NCBI GenBank assembly: GCA_050116575.1
Contig: JASFOJ010000002.1
Location: 559 to 64,558, forward strand
Reading direction: 5' to 3'
Source of the DNA: Gammaproteobacteria bacterium
GTDB lineage: Bacteria; Pseudomonadota; Gammaproteobacteria; SZUA-152
Length of the DNA: 64,000 bases
The notes under the pieces are model-generated. The model was given only the letters and a program-made list of their open reading frames with translations. It did not search any database and was not told where the DNA came from. Every line of letters begins with the position of its first letter. Positions within the stretch are counted from its first letter, which is position 1. This document shows positions 51,392 through 61,210 of the stretch, in pieces. A program made the position numbers and the translations under genes.

Positions 51392-52933
51392 GTGATGATA
51401 CCAGTTTATTTCCGTTTTAAGCTCTTTACCCGCTACCGGACCTTGTCGCCAGCCATGGCGCTGTTGATGGTCCTTTTTCTGGTTTATTCGGCGGCCGCCT
51501 GCGCCATGGATAAAGAAGATATCCATAGCAGCATTGTCAAAATCATCGCTACACATAATCACCCGGATTTTGCCTCGCCCTGGCAGCGCAAGGGCATTCA
51601 TACGGTCACCGGTTCCGGTGCAATAATCGACGGCAATCGCATTCTGACCAATGCCCATGTAGTCGCGGATCACACGTCGGTGGAAGTACAACGCGAAGGC
51701 TCCGGTATTGTTTACAGCGCCAATGTCGCCTATGTCTGCCATACCTGCGACCTGGCAATACTCACCGTGGACGATAAAGCGTTCTTCAATAATGCCAAGC
51801 CGTTGCAAATTGACGGCCTGCCCCGATTGCAGTCGCGAGTCAACGTCTACGGTTTTCCCGCCGGTGGACAAACCATCTCGATTACCGAAGGCATCGTTTC
51901 ACGCATCGAGGTCGACTACTACGTTCATTCCTCAGACCGTTATCTGCTGGTCCAGGTGGATGCTGCTATTAACCCCGGCAACAGCGGCGGGCCCGCCATA
52001 TCCAATGGCAAAATCATTGGCATCGCCATGCAGGCGCTCGAAAACGCTGAAAACATCGGTTACATTGTACCGGCACCAATCATCACGCATTTTCTTGAAG
52101 ACATCAAAGACGGCCGTTTCGATGGTTTTCCCGAATTGGACATCTATGTACAGACCCTCGAAAACAAGGCGCTGCGGCGCTCCCTGAAACTTCCCAAATC
52201 CGCCGGCGGCTTGCTGGTAACCGCCGTGGCAGAGGACAGTAATGTTTCAGATGTGATTCAGCCAGGTGATGTGTTACTGGAAATCGAAGGCTATAAAATC
52301 GAACGCGACGGCAAGGTTGCACTGACACCGCAACTACGCGTTGAATCCAGCCATCTGGAATACATGGAACAGATCGACGGTGAATTGAATTTGCGCATTC
52401 AACGCCACGGCGAAATTAAAAACGTCGATGTTAAACTGGCCAAACGTAAAAGCCGTATCAGTCACAAGCGGTTTGATATTACGCCGTCCTATTTCGTCTT
52501 CGCCGGGCTGGTTTTCCAACCGCTGTCACAAGGCTATCTGAAAACCCACCCCCAGGCGTCGGTGATTTTAATCCCCTATATTCCCCAATACACGCTGCAG
52601 GGTTACCGCAAGTCCACCCCGGACCTGATTAACATCAAACATCCGCAAATCATCATACTGAGCCGGGTGTTGCCGGATGCTTTGAACCAGGGGTATAAAA
52701 ACATGGAAGGATCGGTAATTTATTCGGTCAACGGCACAGAGGTAACGGACCTGAACCAGCTGGCGCAGTTAATCGAAAATGCGCAAGGTGACTACCTGAA
52801 AATCCGGACGGATTTCGGCAACATCATTACGCTGGACCTGGCCCAGGCGCGCGCCAGAAACCCCGTCATACTGAAAAATTACCAGGTATACAGTGATCGT
52901 AACCTGAATCCTGGCGACCGGGTTACGCCCTAA
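51392..52933 (+). CDS. Secreted trypsin-like (S1) serine protease with C-terminal PDZ-like extension
   Basis: The catalytic triad contexts are TNAHVV, DLAIL and GNSGGP. A signal peptide (MALLMVLFLVYSAAACA) suggests the true start may be a few codons downstream of 51392. Confidence 0.75.
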   Translation: MMIPVYFRFKLFTRYRTLSPAMALLMVLFLVYSAAACAMDKEDIHSSIVKIIATHNHPDFASPWQRKGIHTVTGSGAIIDGNRILTNAHVVADHTSVEVQREGSGIVYSANVAYVCHTCDLAILTVDDKAFFNNAKPLQIDGLPRLQSRVNVYGFPAGGQTISITEGIVSRIEVDYYVHSSDRYLLVQVDAAINPGNSGGPAISNGKIIGIAMQALENAENIGYIVPAPIITHFLEDIKDGRFDGFPELDIYVQTLENKALRRSLKLPKSAGGLLVTAVAEDSNVSDVIQPGDVLLEIEGYKIERDGKVALTPQLRVESSHLEYMEQIDGELNLRIQRHGEIKNVDVKLAKRKSRISHKRFDITPSYFVFAGLVFQPLSQGYLKTHPQASVILIPYIPQYTLQGYRKSTPDLINIKHPQIIILSRVLPDALNQGYKNMEGSVIYSVNGTEVTDLNQLAQLIENAQGDYLKIRTDFGNIITLDLAQARARNPVILKNYQVYSDRNLNPGDRVTP

Positions 52934-52952
52934 CAGCGATCGAGAACCCGCT

Positions 52953-53420
52953 TCAGTTCAAACCCCGTTCTTTTTTAACACGATGCTTGGCGGCGATAAA
53001 CTGGGTGTGGGGTACGTACAGCAGATCGGCAATTTTACGCACCAATGCTTCTTCGTACTTTTCGAGTTCGTTATCAGCGTAGGCTACCTGCCACATGAGT
53101 TCGATAATCTTCACTTTGTCTCCCACGGTAAATTCGTCATTGATTAACGACGTAAATTCGTAGTAAGAGGTGACGTTTTTGGATTCCTGCTCGGCCAGCG
53201 ACACCAATTCCGATGTTTGCTCGGGTGCCAGTTGAAAAAATGCCTGTGCATGCCGGGCGACCGCTGCCAGTTCTTCGTCCTGGACATTGAAATCGGCTCG
53301 CGCGGTTTCCAGCAACAACGCGACGGTGGCTATCCGTAATCGCTGTTCCAGATCGTCCGCACCAGGCTTAGCCTCGGCGTTTATGTGGGTTTCGAAAAAA
53401 TTTTTTATGGTACTCAGCAT
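52953..53420 (-). CDS. TerB-family (tellurite-resistance-like) protein
   Basis: The 155-aa product has an all-helical TerB-like ADNELEKYEEALVRKIADLL motif. Confidence 0.5.
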   Translation of the reverse strand: MLSTIKNFFETHINAEAKPGADDLEQRLRIATVALLLETARADFNVQDEELAAVARHAQAFFQLAPEQTSELVSLAEQESKNVTSYYEFTSLINDEFTVGDKVKIIELMWQVAYADNELEKYEEALVRKIADLLYVPHTQFIAAKHRVKKERGLN

Positions 53421-53589
53421 AATGACAATTTCATTTGTAACAAATACAGGGTATTAATACTCATTCTATATATTAGGATATGCAACGCTGCCAGTCACGA
53501 ACCATCATAGCATCCATATGTCGAATAGGGTTGGTGGTGAACGCCGTTGGATGCATTATGAGTGTCACATGGTTTATTGGAAACTTCTT

Positions 53590-54093
53590 ATGATGTTGAG
53601 TTCAAAATCGGTTTTTCGCGGATTGCTGGTTCTGATATCCCTGGTGTGGGTACCCGGTGCAATGGCATCCGATAACCAGCGGGAGGTCGACAGTATCCTT
53701 AAAATGGACGCCGCCCCCCTGGGTGTCGTTTTTGAAATCGTCGAAAGTGATCCCGACGCCTTGAAGTGGGCCATTCCTCAAGTGGTCAAATTTTCCAAGC
53801 AACTGCGCAGTCAGTTCCCCGATATTGCTATCGCGGTGGTCAGCCACGGCAAGGAACAATTCGCGCTGATGAAAGAAGACGAAGAGGACAACACCGCCGT
53901 CCACAAGGCCGTCAAATCCCTGCTGGCGCAGGACGTACCGGTTCATGTTTGCGGCACTCATGCGTCATGGTACGGTAAAAACGAGGATGATTTTCCCGAT
54001 TACGTCGACGTAACGCCTGCCGGACCGACACAAATTGCCAACTATGTCGACATGGGCTACCACAAAATCGTCCTGGACAAACCCGATAACTGA
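53590..54093 (+). CDS. Periplasmic DsrE/DsrF-like family protein (tentative)
   Basis: It has a signal peptide MMLSSKSVFRGLLVLISLVWVPGAMA. The start was moved from 53518 to 53590. A conserved Cys sits in VPVHVCGTHA, reminiscent of the DsrE/YchN fold. The call is weak. Confidence 0.4.
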   Translation: MMLSSKSVFRGLLVLISLVWVPGAMASDNQREVDSILKMDAAPLGVVFEIVESDPDALKWAIPQVVKFSKQLRSQFPDIAIAVVSHGKEQFALMKEDEEDNTAVHKAVKSLLAQDVPVHVCGTHASWYGKNEDDFPDYVDVTPAGPTQIANYVDMGYHKIVLDKPDN

Positions 54094-54380
54094 GTTGCCG
54101 CTCGCACCGGCGGCTGAACCACCGACCTAATGCCGACTGCGCAACAGCAACAGTCATCGTTGCGCATTCAGCCCTAAATACCTCCAAAAAACAGCTGTCG
54201 CTGAAAATTGATCCAGGTCAAAAAACTGGAAATCTTACCACACCAAAATAACAGCCAATAAAAACTTCCTATCCGCCATTATGCCGTTCGTACCGTTTCT
54301 TACTGGCATAACAACCAGTTATAAGTGGAAGGTGCTGAATCGCCGAATATAAATGATAGAAATTTTTAATAACCGCTTTT

Positions 54381-54409
54381 TTGACATGGTTATTGGCAGT
54401 ATTTAGATT
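54381..54409 (+). promoter_or_regulatory. Sigma-70-type promoter (TTGACA-17-TAGATT) for the small peptide gene
   Basis: A perfect -35 TTGACA lies at 54381-54386. A 17-nt spacer precedes the -10 TAGATT at 54404-54409. Confidence 0.5.
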
Positions 54410-54454
54410 TATCCATGGAAGTATGTTCAAGCAGTAAAAAAGGAGAAGAGCAAG

Positions 54455-54541
54455 ATGTTATTGACTGATCCTGGATTTTTAATTGTGCTTACGTTTGGAG
54501 CGATCATTCTAATCAGCGTTTTCCGTCAAGCCTTCAAATAA
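54455..54541 (+). CDS. 28-aa hydrophobic small protein MLLTDPGFLIVLTFGAIILISVFRQAFK
   Basis: A strong SD AAGGAG sits 6-11 nt upstream. It has a single TM helix with a basic C-terminus. A hairpin terminator follows immediately. Confidence 0.45.
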   Translation: MLLTDPGFLIVLTFGAIILISVFRQAFK

Positions 54542-54546
54542 AATCA

Positions 54547-54580
54547 GGCCCGATACACACTGTGTGTCGGGCCTTTGCCA
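54547..54580 (+). terminator. Hairpin terminator after small peptide gene
   Basis: The stem is GGCCCGAtACACAC-tg-GTGTGTcGGGCC, followed by TTTGCCATTT. Confidence 0.5.
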
Positions 54581-54881
54581 TTTCGGCACAGCAATTCTGT
54601 TAGTACACCACGTAGTTTTCCCGCCCCCCTACTGATGCAATTCGGACCACCGCGCTATTATTTTGGTTAAAAAACCAATAGTTAGCAGGAAAGTAGATTT
54701 CTTAAACTACCCTTAATCACTTTTTAATAAAAAGAAGCCGGTCAAATCAAACAATTGATATTTATTTGATCAATTTTTGAGTGATAGACTAGCAGTCTCG
54801 TTAAACAATGAATGCCGCGCTGGAACCACAGCGCAACAAAGATCAATGGCCCGGCCAGCGGGCAGCAGGAGTAGTTTTTAA

Positions 54882-55742
54882 ATGCCGTATCAAATAAAAA
54901 ATCCATTAGCAGTACTTGGCCGAATCATCGCTGTTGGCGTTCTGGTTAGTTCAGTGAATGCTTGCAGCACCGTTTCCATGGTTAACGAAGACGCTGCCAC
55001 ACAGGCGAGCAATATTGAGAAGAATCCTGCGTCCGTTAGCGGATTTGTCGTCGACACCGACGGCGTTACCCCCATTTACGGTGCCACTGTTGCAGTGGTA
55101 TCCACCGACACCGCTGATGCAAAAACTTTCCGTGGTGACAGCGATCATTGCGCCACACCCGCTGAACCACATCAAAGCTATACCTGTACCCGGGAAGACG
55201 GTTCTTTTACGGTAAATATCTCGGCTGCCAGTGAGTTTCCTGTTACCGTCCGTATCGAAAATGGAAGCAATACGCATGAAATCACCATCAACCGGGACGA
55301 CGTCAACAGTGATCTGGGCGTCGTGGTCATGTCACAACAAACCGTCGCCAACAAGGATAAAGTCGCTGTGGTCATGGATTTTTACAATCCTGTTGATCAA
55401 ATCAAGGAATTTCTCGATGACAACCCGTCACAACTGCAAAGCGTCAAGCTACAACTGATGAACGAATACGAGTCCCTTTACCAGATCAGCAGCGACAAAC
55501 AGGACGTTTCCTATCCCACGTTTTATTCGTTGTTTATTGACGGGGACAAAAACGGCAAACCGGACATCTTTAACTATGATGTGGTGTACATTAATAGCCG
55601 CGACGAGTCCGATATCGCACAGTTGGATGAATCAATCCGTAAACAGTTGCTGGCGTTTATTAACAACGGCGGCCAGTTGTATGTCACTGAGTGGACGGTT
55701 GAAATGGAACAAGAAGAGCCAGGGGCGGATCAGTATATCTGA
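54882..55742 (+). CDS. Lipoprotein, hypothetical (N-terminal beta-sandwich, carboxypeptidase-regulatory-like)
   Basis: It has the lipobox LVSSVNAC. The GFVVDTDGVTPIYGATVAVVS segment resembles CarbopepD_reg-like Ig folds. The C-terminal half is of unknown function. Confidence 0.6.
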   Translation: MPYQIKNPLAVLGRIIAVGVLVSSVNACSTVSMVNEDAATQASNIEKNPASVSGFVVDTDGVTPIYGATVAVVSTDTADAKTFRGDSDHCATPAEPHQSYTCTREDGSFTVNISAASEFPVTVRIENGSNTHEITINRDDVNSDLGVVVMSQQTVANKDKVAVVMDFYNPVDQIKEFLDDNPSQLQSVKLQLMNEYESLYQISSDKQDVSYPTFYSLFIDGDKNGKPDIFNYDVVYINSRDESDIAQLDESIRKQLLAFINNGGQLYVTEWTVEMEQEEPGADQYI

Positions 55743-55805
55743 TGAGTATGGTTAACAGGCTTTCGTTGTTTACATAGCGACCGATCACCTAACCATTGAC
55801 TAAAA

Positions 55806-55835
55806 AAAAGAGGCCGCTAGGCCTCTTTTTTTGTC
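55806..55835. terminator. Bidirectional rho-independent terminator
   Basis: An A-run, then AAGAGGCC-gcta-GGCCTCTT, then a T7 run. It lies between convergent genes ending at 55742(+) and 55912(-). Confidence 0.8.
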
Positions 55836-55911
55836 CGGTCGTACCGGGCTGGTAAAAACACCCGTGGTCGTTTTCAATACGCCGTCTTGGCGGATGTCGT
55901 GCCTTCGTGCT

Positions 55912-56958
55912 TTACTCTTCTTCGCTGAGCAGGTCTTCCCAATACTCCTCGGGCATGTCCTGAGCCAGCGCTAGCGCACCGTCGGCGCTGGCATAGGTGG
56001 GATCCTCCACCGCGCTTACCGTACAGGGACCATCTTCTTTCAAGGCATTCTCGATGTACTTGGCCAGGCCCTTGATCTGGCTGCCGCCACCTGCAAGGAC
56101 GATATTTTCGCGGACAATTTCCTGATATTCGGGATCAAAGCGGGAAATGAGTTCCATGGCGTTTTCAATAATCGCCGGCAAGACACTCTCGCACGCCCTA
56201 CCCATTTCCTCGGTAATATCATGAATCATAATGCGTCCCGCGACGGGGATCTCCACTTCGATTTTACCTTTAATGGTTCCGACATAGGCATACATCTCCT
56301 TGAAACCACGCACCATATTCATGTTGAAATCCGATTCTGGATATTTATCCTTCATCATTTCATAGAGCTGCATGTCGATATAATCACCGGCGGTCACGAT
56401 GGTGCGCTGGTCATCTTCAGTGGGCATGGAACCATGCATGATGCAGAAGTCCGTGGTGCCCGCGCCAATGTCAATAACGATAGCGTTATTCAACAAACCG
56501 CGGCCGTAGGCGGCGGCAAAAGGCTCGGAAACCACCATCAGGGAATCCACATAATCCTGCACCGCGCGCTTGATCGCCAGCTTGTTGGCGCGCAACGATT
56601 CGGCGGGAACGCCGACCACCGCGTAGATCTCCTGGCTGTCCATCGCACCCACCAGTTCCAGCAGGTAACCGACAAGTTCCTGTACAGCCTCTTCATCGCG
56701 TGAAATACCTTCTTTAATAACACCGTGTTCCAGGGGACGGACCAGTTCCAGCGACAGCCGGTTTTCCAATGCCTCCTTGCCGAATAACACCGGCTTACCC
56801 AAAACTTTTTCGGATATAAAGTCCTTTGGCCAACCGACGTAACTGGCAACATAGTCGCGCACTCCGTTGCTGGCGGATATTGCACTACGCGAGGTTCCCA
56901 AATCGATACCAACTCGCATTCTACTGCTGCGCTTTGGCGAGCTTTTCTTTTTCGCCAT
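55912..56958 (-). CDS. Actin-like ATPase, MamK-like (MreB/actin superfamily)
   Basis: It has actin-fold motifs VGIDLGTS, IVIDIGAGTTDFCIM and VLAGGGSQIKGL. By recall it aligns to MamK along its full length (YVGWPKDF, VVGVPAESLRANK, VVSEPFAAAYG, DPTYASADGALALA..PEEYW). A perfect AGGAGG RBS precedes the start. It has a Lys-rich N-terminal tail MAKKKSSPKRSSR. Confidence 0.8.
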   Translation of the reverse strand: MAKKKSSPKRSSRMRVGIDLGTSRSAISASNGVRDYVASYVGWPKDFISEKVLGKPVLFGKEALENRLSLELVRPLEHGVIKEGISRDEEAVQELVGYLLELVGAMDSQEIYAVVGVPAESLRANKLAIKRAVQDYVDSLMVVSEPFAAAYGRGLLNNAIVIDIGAGTTDFCIMHGSMPTEDDQRTIVTAGDYIDMQLYEMMKDKYPESDFNMNMVRGFKEMYAYVGTIKGKIEVEIPVAGRIMIHDITEEMGRACESVLPAIIENAMELISRFDPEYQEIVRENIVLAGGGSQIKGLAKYIENALKEDGPCTVSAVEDPTYASADGALALAQDMPEEYWEDLLSEEE

Positions 56959-58126
56959 TCCTTTTGCCTCCTACACTGGTGTTTTTATTCAAATAAGAAA
57001 CTATGCCCTGTTCCAGAAACGCGGCGATATTTTCCCGATACTCTGATGTTGTTAATCGTTTCTCTTCTCTCGGATTACAAAAACAAGACACCTCAGTCAA
57101 TATACTGGGGGCATCCAAATTCAGCAGCACGACGAAAGGCGCAGACTTAATACCATGGTCGTTGGTATCCCCGTTTATTTGCTTCATCCGGCCATACAGG
57201 TTTGTCTGGACCGAATACGCCAATTGACGGGATTCCTGAAATTTCATGGTATCGCCTATTTTCTGGATTATCTCCTTAAAGTCTCCGTATTCATAATGCG
57301 AATCCGCATTTTCCCGCTCCGCGAGATCGGCAACCTTGGCGTCGTTTGTCGAACCGAAATAATATGTTTCTATAAAACTTTTTTCACTGGGAAAATAGTT
57401 TATATGAATCGAAATAAACAAATCCGCGTTATTGGCGTTGGCATACTCGACACGATCATTTAATGCGATGGTGTCATCGCTGGCGCGCGTCATTAATACT
57501 TCATAACGATCATACTTTGCAAGACGCTTGCGCAACCGTTTGGCTATTTCCAGCGCAATATCCTTCTCGTAAATACCCGACTTGCCAATGGCACCCGGGT
57601 CTTTGCCACCATGGCCCGGATCGATCACAATCGTCCTGACGCCCAGTCCAAACAATTGCGCCAGAGGTACGCCATTATTCGTTAATGACTGAAATTTGGC
57701 CGGATCAATGTCGCTGTCATCCAAGCGCGGCAATGCCGAACCTTCCAAGTTATCGACACTACTCAGGTTTTTTTGAAGCATTTTTGGCAACGGTGTGGCA
57801 TTTGTTCCGGAACCGGCGGTATTACCGATTTCCAGCGGAACGGCTTTCGCTTCGCCACCGCTGGCCGGCGATGATTCTCCCGCCGGTATCGGCTGGGGAT
57901 TTAACCCTATTTGCGCCCACGGGTATTGCCACTGGCTCAACACGCCGGCCACGACCAGGATCGCTGCCACACTGACAACGATCGCCGCATGCGATTTTCG
58001 CTTATGTAAAGAGCGTTCCGGTTGCTGTGCACCTTTTTTGGCAGGAGCTTCCCCTTTGCCCGCGACCCATAAATTCTCCTGGTAAATCCCTTTGAGAATT
58101 TCTCGCTTGTTTGATGGCTTGAACAC
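56921..58126 (-). CDS. Membrane-anchored N-acetylmuramoyl-L-alanine amidase (Amidase_3, AmiC-type)
   Basis: It has a GTG start. An N-terminal TM helix (AAIVVSVAAILVVAGVL) is followed by a low-complexity linker. The C-terminal Amidase_3 domain has IVIDPGHGGKDPGA ... LFISIHINYF. Its 3' end overlaps the actin-like gene by 38 nt. Confidence 0.85.
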   Translation of the reverse strand: MFKPSNKREILKGIYQENLWVAGKGEAPAKKGAQQPERSLHKRKSHAAIVVSVAAILVVAGVLSQWQYPWAQIGLNPQPIPAGESSPASGGEAKAVPLEIGNTAGSGTNATPLPKMLQKNLSSVDNLEGSALPRLDDSDIDPAKFQSLTNNGVPLAQLFGLGVRTIVIDPGHGGKDPGAIGKSGIYEKDIALEIAKRLRKRLAKYDRYEVLMTRASDDTIALNDRVEYANANNADLFISIHINYFPSEKSFIETYYFGSTNDAKVADLAERENADSHYEYGDFKEIIQKIGDTMKFQESRQLAYSVQTNLYGRMKQINGDTNDHGIKSAPFVVLLNLDAPSILTEVSCFCNPREEKRLTTSEYRENIAAFLEQGIVSYLNKNTSVGGKRNGEKEKLAKAQQ

Positions 58127-58834
58127 AGCTTACCCAACTTTACGACATCGTTGCATCCGAACGCCGGCAACCGATACCCGACCGCTTACATTCCAAATGT
58201 TTACAAGAAAAATGCCAACTTTTCAACCAGATACATACACTGCGACAACGATGACGCAATGTTTTTCATTCCGTGGCGCCCAAAATCCAGCGACAATGTC
58301 AGGTATCATCGTTAGCCACCCATGGGTGCTAACGAACGCTGTAAGCAGAGCAATGGAAGCATGTTACGGCCCGTGCCCCATGACGACGTATTGGCCGTCA
58401 TTTCTGTCTATTAAATGCACCGTACCTGGTTGATTAATATGACATAACCTTGACACTGGAATTACGGATGTTGGCGCATCTAGCATGGAACTACAAATTT
58501 GGTGCCAGATCAACGATAATTAGATAGTAATCTGTGAACAGCGTAACAAATTTTGATCGCATTTTTATTTAACCCTGTTCAACGGTTAAACAAATCGCCT
58601 GACTGCCTGTTTCAGGGGCACTATAAACCAGGCTATCGGCAATACCTCACATTTTTGCCTTTCGGTTGCCGTTTTTTACCAAAATAGCTAAATCTTCAGG
58701 CGGACAATCCGCTGTATTTTGGGTAACGCCTGGTAGCAAGTATAGACGCCCCTGCCGGATCATTGGAAAAAATGCCGGTAGCTTGCTGGTATCGGCTCCA
58801 TTTATGAACATAAAACAGGCAGATTTAAAGGCAT

Positions 58835-59461
58835 ATGATCAATAACATGAGAGCAATTGAGCAACCTTTGATGGCGACACCCACTGTACAAAAGCTGGGA
58901 GACGACAACCAGAAAATATTGATGTCATTTGCGCGCCAGCAACTGTCGCATATCGAATCAAATTCGATCAAGAAGAACTCGTTTCAGCTGTTTTTGATCA
59001 CCGCATTTTTATACGGTGCCATTCAGCAATTGGGCAAACAATCAACACTGCCCAAACACCTCAGCAATCACTATCTGCACAAAATCCTCATCGAAACGTT
59101 TTCCCTGCCCCCCCATAACGCCGAGGGCCTGGTGAGTTCCATTAACCGCATGATGAAGAAGTACTACTTGCTGGAAAACATTTATTTCGACGGGGAATCG
59201 GCGGCCGAACAGTGGCTGGTCAACGATGAATGTGAATGCACAGAACTAAAAACCCTGCTCGACCGCTATGAAAACTTTACCATGCTGGACATGAACGCCG
59301 CCGGCATGAAATCCGACGTCCCGGCATTCGATCAGCCACAGGATAGAGATCCAACACCTGACACCAACGGTTCAAGCGGTGGGACGTTGAAATTTGTGGT
59401 TGCGTTAATTGCGCTCGCCGCACTGGCGGGTGTTGCTTATTTCTTTTCCCTTAAAGGATAA
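58835..59461 (+). CDS. Hypothetical tail-anchored membrane protein
   Basis: The 208-aa product has a C-terminal TM helix LKFVVALIALAALAGVAYFF and no recognisable domain. Confidence 0.45.
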   Translation: MINNMRAIEQPLMATPTVQKLGDDNQKILMSFARQQLSHIESNSIKKNSFQLFLITAFLYGAIQQLGKQSTLPKHLSNHYLHKILIETFSLPPHNAEGLVSSINRMMKKYYLLENIYFDGESAAEQWLVNDECECTELKTLLDRYENFTMLDMNAAGMKSDVPAFDQPQDRDPTPDTNGSSGGTLKFVVALIALAALAGVAYFFSLKG

Positions 59462-59506
59462 ATATTACCAATCCCGGGATTTGGCCAGCCCGTTAGCGCC
59501 TTTGGA

Positions 59507-59944
59507 TCAGTGAAAACCTTTGGCGGTAATTTTGTGCGCCACCAGATCCGCCTTATCTTCGTTCACCGGCAAAATATACGTCAGGATATGCTCCGCTTTT
59601 TTGCCCCCTTCGTGCACCGTTTCCAGCTCAAATACAAAAAATTTGCCACTGAACCGCGTATCTGCCTGGCGGTTGCGGATTCGAAAACTGGTTATGGGCC
59701 CCATATGATCGATGAACGCTTGCAGACGCTTGCGCCACTCAGCCTTGGGAATACCTTTGTAAAATTTGTCCGAATAAAAGGTCAGCGCTGTATCAATGTC
59801 CCCCTTTTGTAAAGCGGAAAACAGCTGATTGACCTTCGGTTCGAGATCGATTTTCGTTGCTGTGGGATTGCAGGCGTTCAGTAACAATACCGCGGCGGAC
59901 ATAAGAATCAGCCTGGTTGTAAAAGCCTTCAGGAAAGACATCAT
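59507..59944 (-). CDS. Hypothetical lipoprotein
   Basis: It has the lipobox LLNAC. The ~125-aa mature domain has NTF2-like or unknown character. Confidence 0.5.
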   Translation of the reverse strand: MMSFLKAFTTRLILMSAAVLLLNACNPTATKIDLEPKVNQLFSALQKGDIDTALTFYSDKFYKGIPKAEWRKRLQAFIDHMGPITSFRIRNRQADTRFSGKFFVFELETVHEGGKKAEHILTYILPVNEDKADLVAHKITAKGFH

Positions 59945-60259
59945 GGATATGGGTAACCTGTTAAATATATTTTTGTGATGTGCAATTGTTTAACCCTACC
60001 ATAAAACACCGTGTCTGAGAATATTGCGCCACCCTTGTCACCCAGCAACCAATTCGCACTATCGCCCCCCGCACCCATTTAATCTCAACTGTTGAGTCTG
60101 ATTCATATTTAGCATTGCCAGCCGCAATTGCCTTTTTGTGCAATTCTCCTGGCCGGACTTGCAGCTCAATACCGCAACACGGGCGTGGGAACAGCGTTAA
60201 CGGATATCAATTCATTGACGAGTACTTTGCGTTTAACTAGGATTAAGCTTAGTGCCCAT

Positions 60260-60793
60260 ATGAAATATACACGACGATTTTTTATATTGTTGCTATTCCT
60301 TGCCGTTGTGCCTGCGCTAAACGGTGCGCAAGCTAAAACTTCGGTAGCCCGACAACTGGCCCGTTGCGCGGCGATTAGCAATGAACAGCAACGGCTTGCC
60401 TGTTATGACGAGCTAGCCCGTAAAGTGTCTTCCAATGCTGGCCAATCCCCAGGCCTCCACTTTATCCAACCGCCGGCGTCTTTTCTTGATTCGCGCCTGG
60501 TGTCCGCGCCCTGGAAAGCGCAATATACATTGACAGTACGAAGTTTTGTGAAACTGATTTCACAAGCTGTTATGGGTAATGGAAAAAAAATTTCCATCCA
60601 GGGTTGGACCCGGGATGAACGCCATTACGTACTAAATATCACCATGCGCACGCCGGTAAAATTGCGGTTTTTACCTCGGGAGGTGGCAAAGAAAGACACA
60701 CCAATGAGTCTGTTGAAAGAGGTGACTATGGACGGTGAAACCGTTAGTGCAGAAGAGTTCATCATGGTCATCGCGGCCATGGTACCTTTTTGA
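60260..60793 (+). CDS. Hypothetical secreted protein
   Basis: It has a signal peptide MKYTRRFFILLLFLAVVPALNGAQA and the mature N-terminal motif CAAISNEQQRLACYD. The start was moved from 60128 to the in-frame ATG at 60260. Confidence 0.5.
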   Translation: MKYTRRFFILLLFLAVVPALNGAQAKTSVARQLARCAAISNEQQRLACYDELARKVSSNAGQSPGLHFIQPPASFLDSRLVSAPWKAQYTLTVRSFVKLISQAVMGNGKKISIQGWTRDERHYVLNITMRTPVKLRFLPREVAKKDTPMSLLKEVTMDGETVSAEEFIMVIAAMVPF

Positions 60794-61210
60794 CAGCCTG
60801 ATGACGCCAACGCGCAGAGCCTATATAACAGCCACTAGATGAAAAAATATAAACAGGCTGATGAACACCAGGTTAAAAACAAAAATTTGCTGATCCAACG
60901 TTTTTCCCCGAAAGCGGATTAACAAGAACGTAAACACGTTATTTTTAATCTGTATGTGTAAGTTACAAGACTTATGTTAAACCGTAGAAGCCCGGCAATA
61001 GCTGTTTTTTATTGACTCAACTCAGCTGATTTAACGGGCTATTGATAATCGAACCATCAAGACTATTGCTATTCGCAGTATTTCTGGAATCTTCCTGCAA
61101 CAGCCAAATAATTGCGGATTATGTCAAATTTGACCGGATTTTACCAATGGCGAATCAGCCGGAGGGCGAGCGTCTTTGCAGCAATAACTTATTATTTTTA
61201 CTGCATATTA

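Noticed and set aside
55912-56958. Magnetosome gene island suggested by the MamK-like gene
   Set aside because: No other mam/mms genes (mamA, B, E, I, M, O, P, Q) are present anywhere in the window. The gene is instead coupled to a PG amidase, so I treat it as a MamK-like actin outside a magnetosome context.
58127-58834. 113-aa ORF 58092..58433 (+) in the long region upstream of the amidase
   Set aside because: It has no RBS, its composition is poor and it partly overlaps the amidase start. The region is more likely regulatory.
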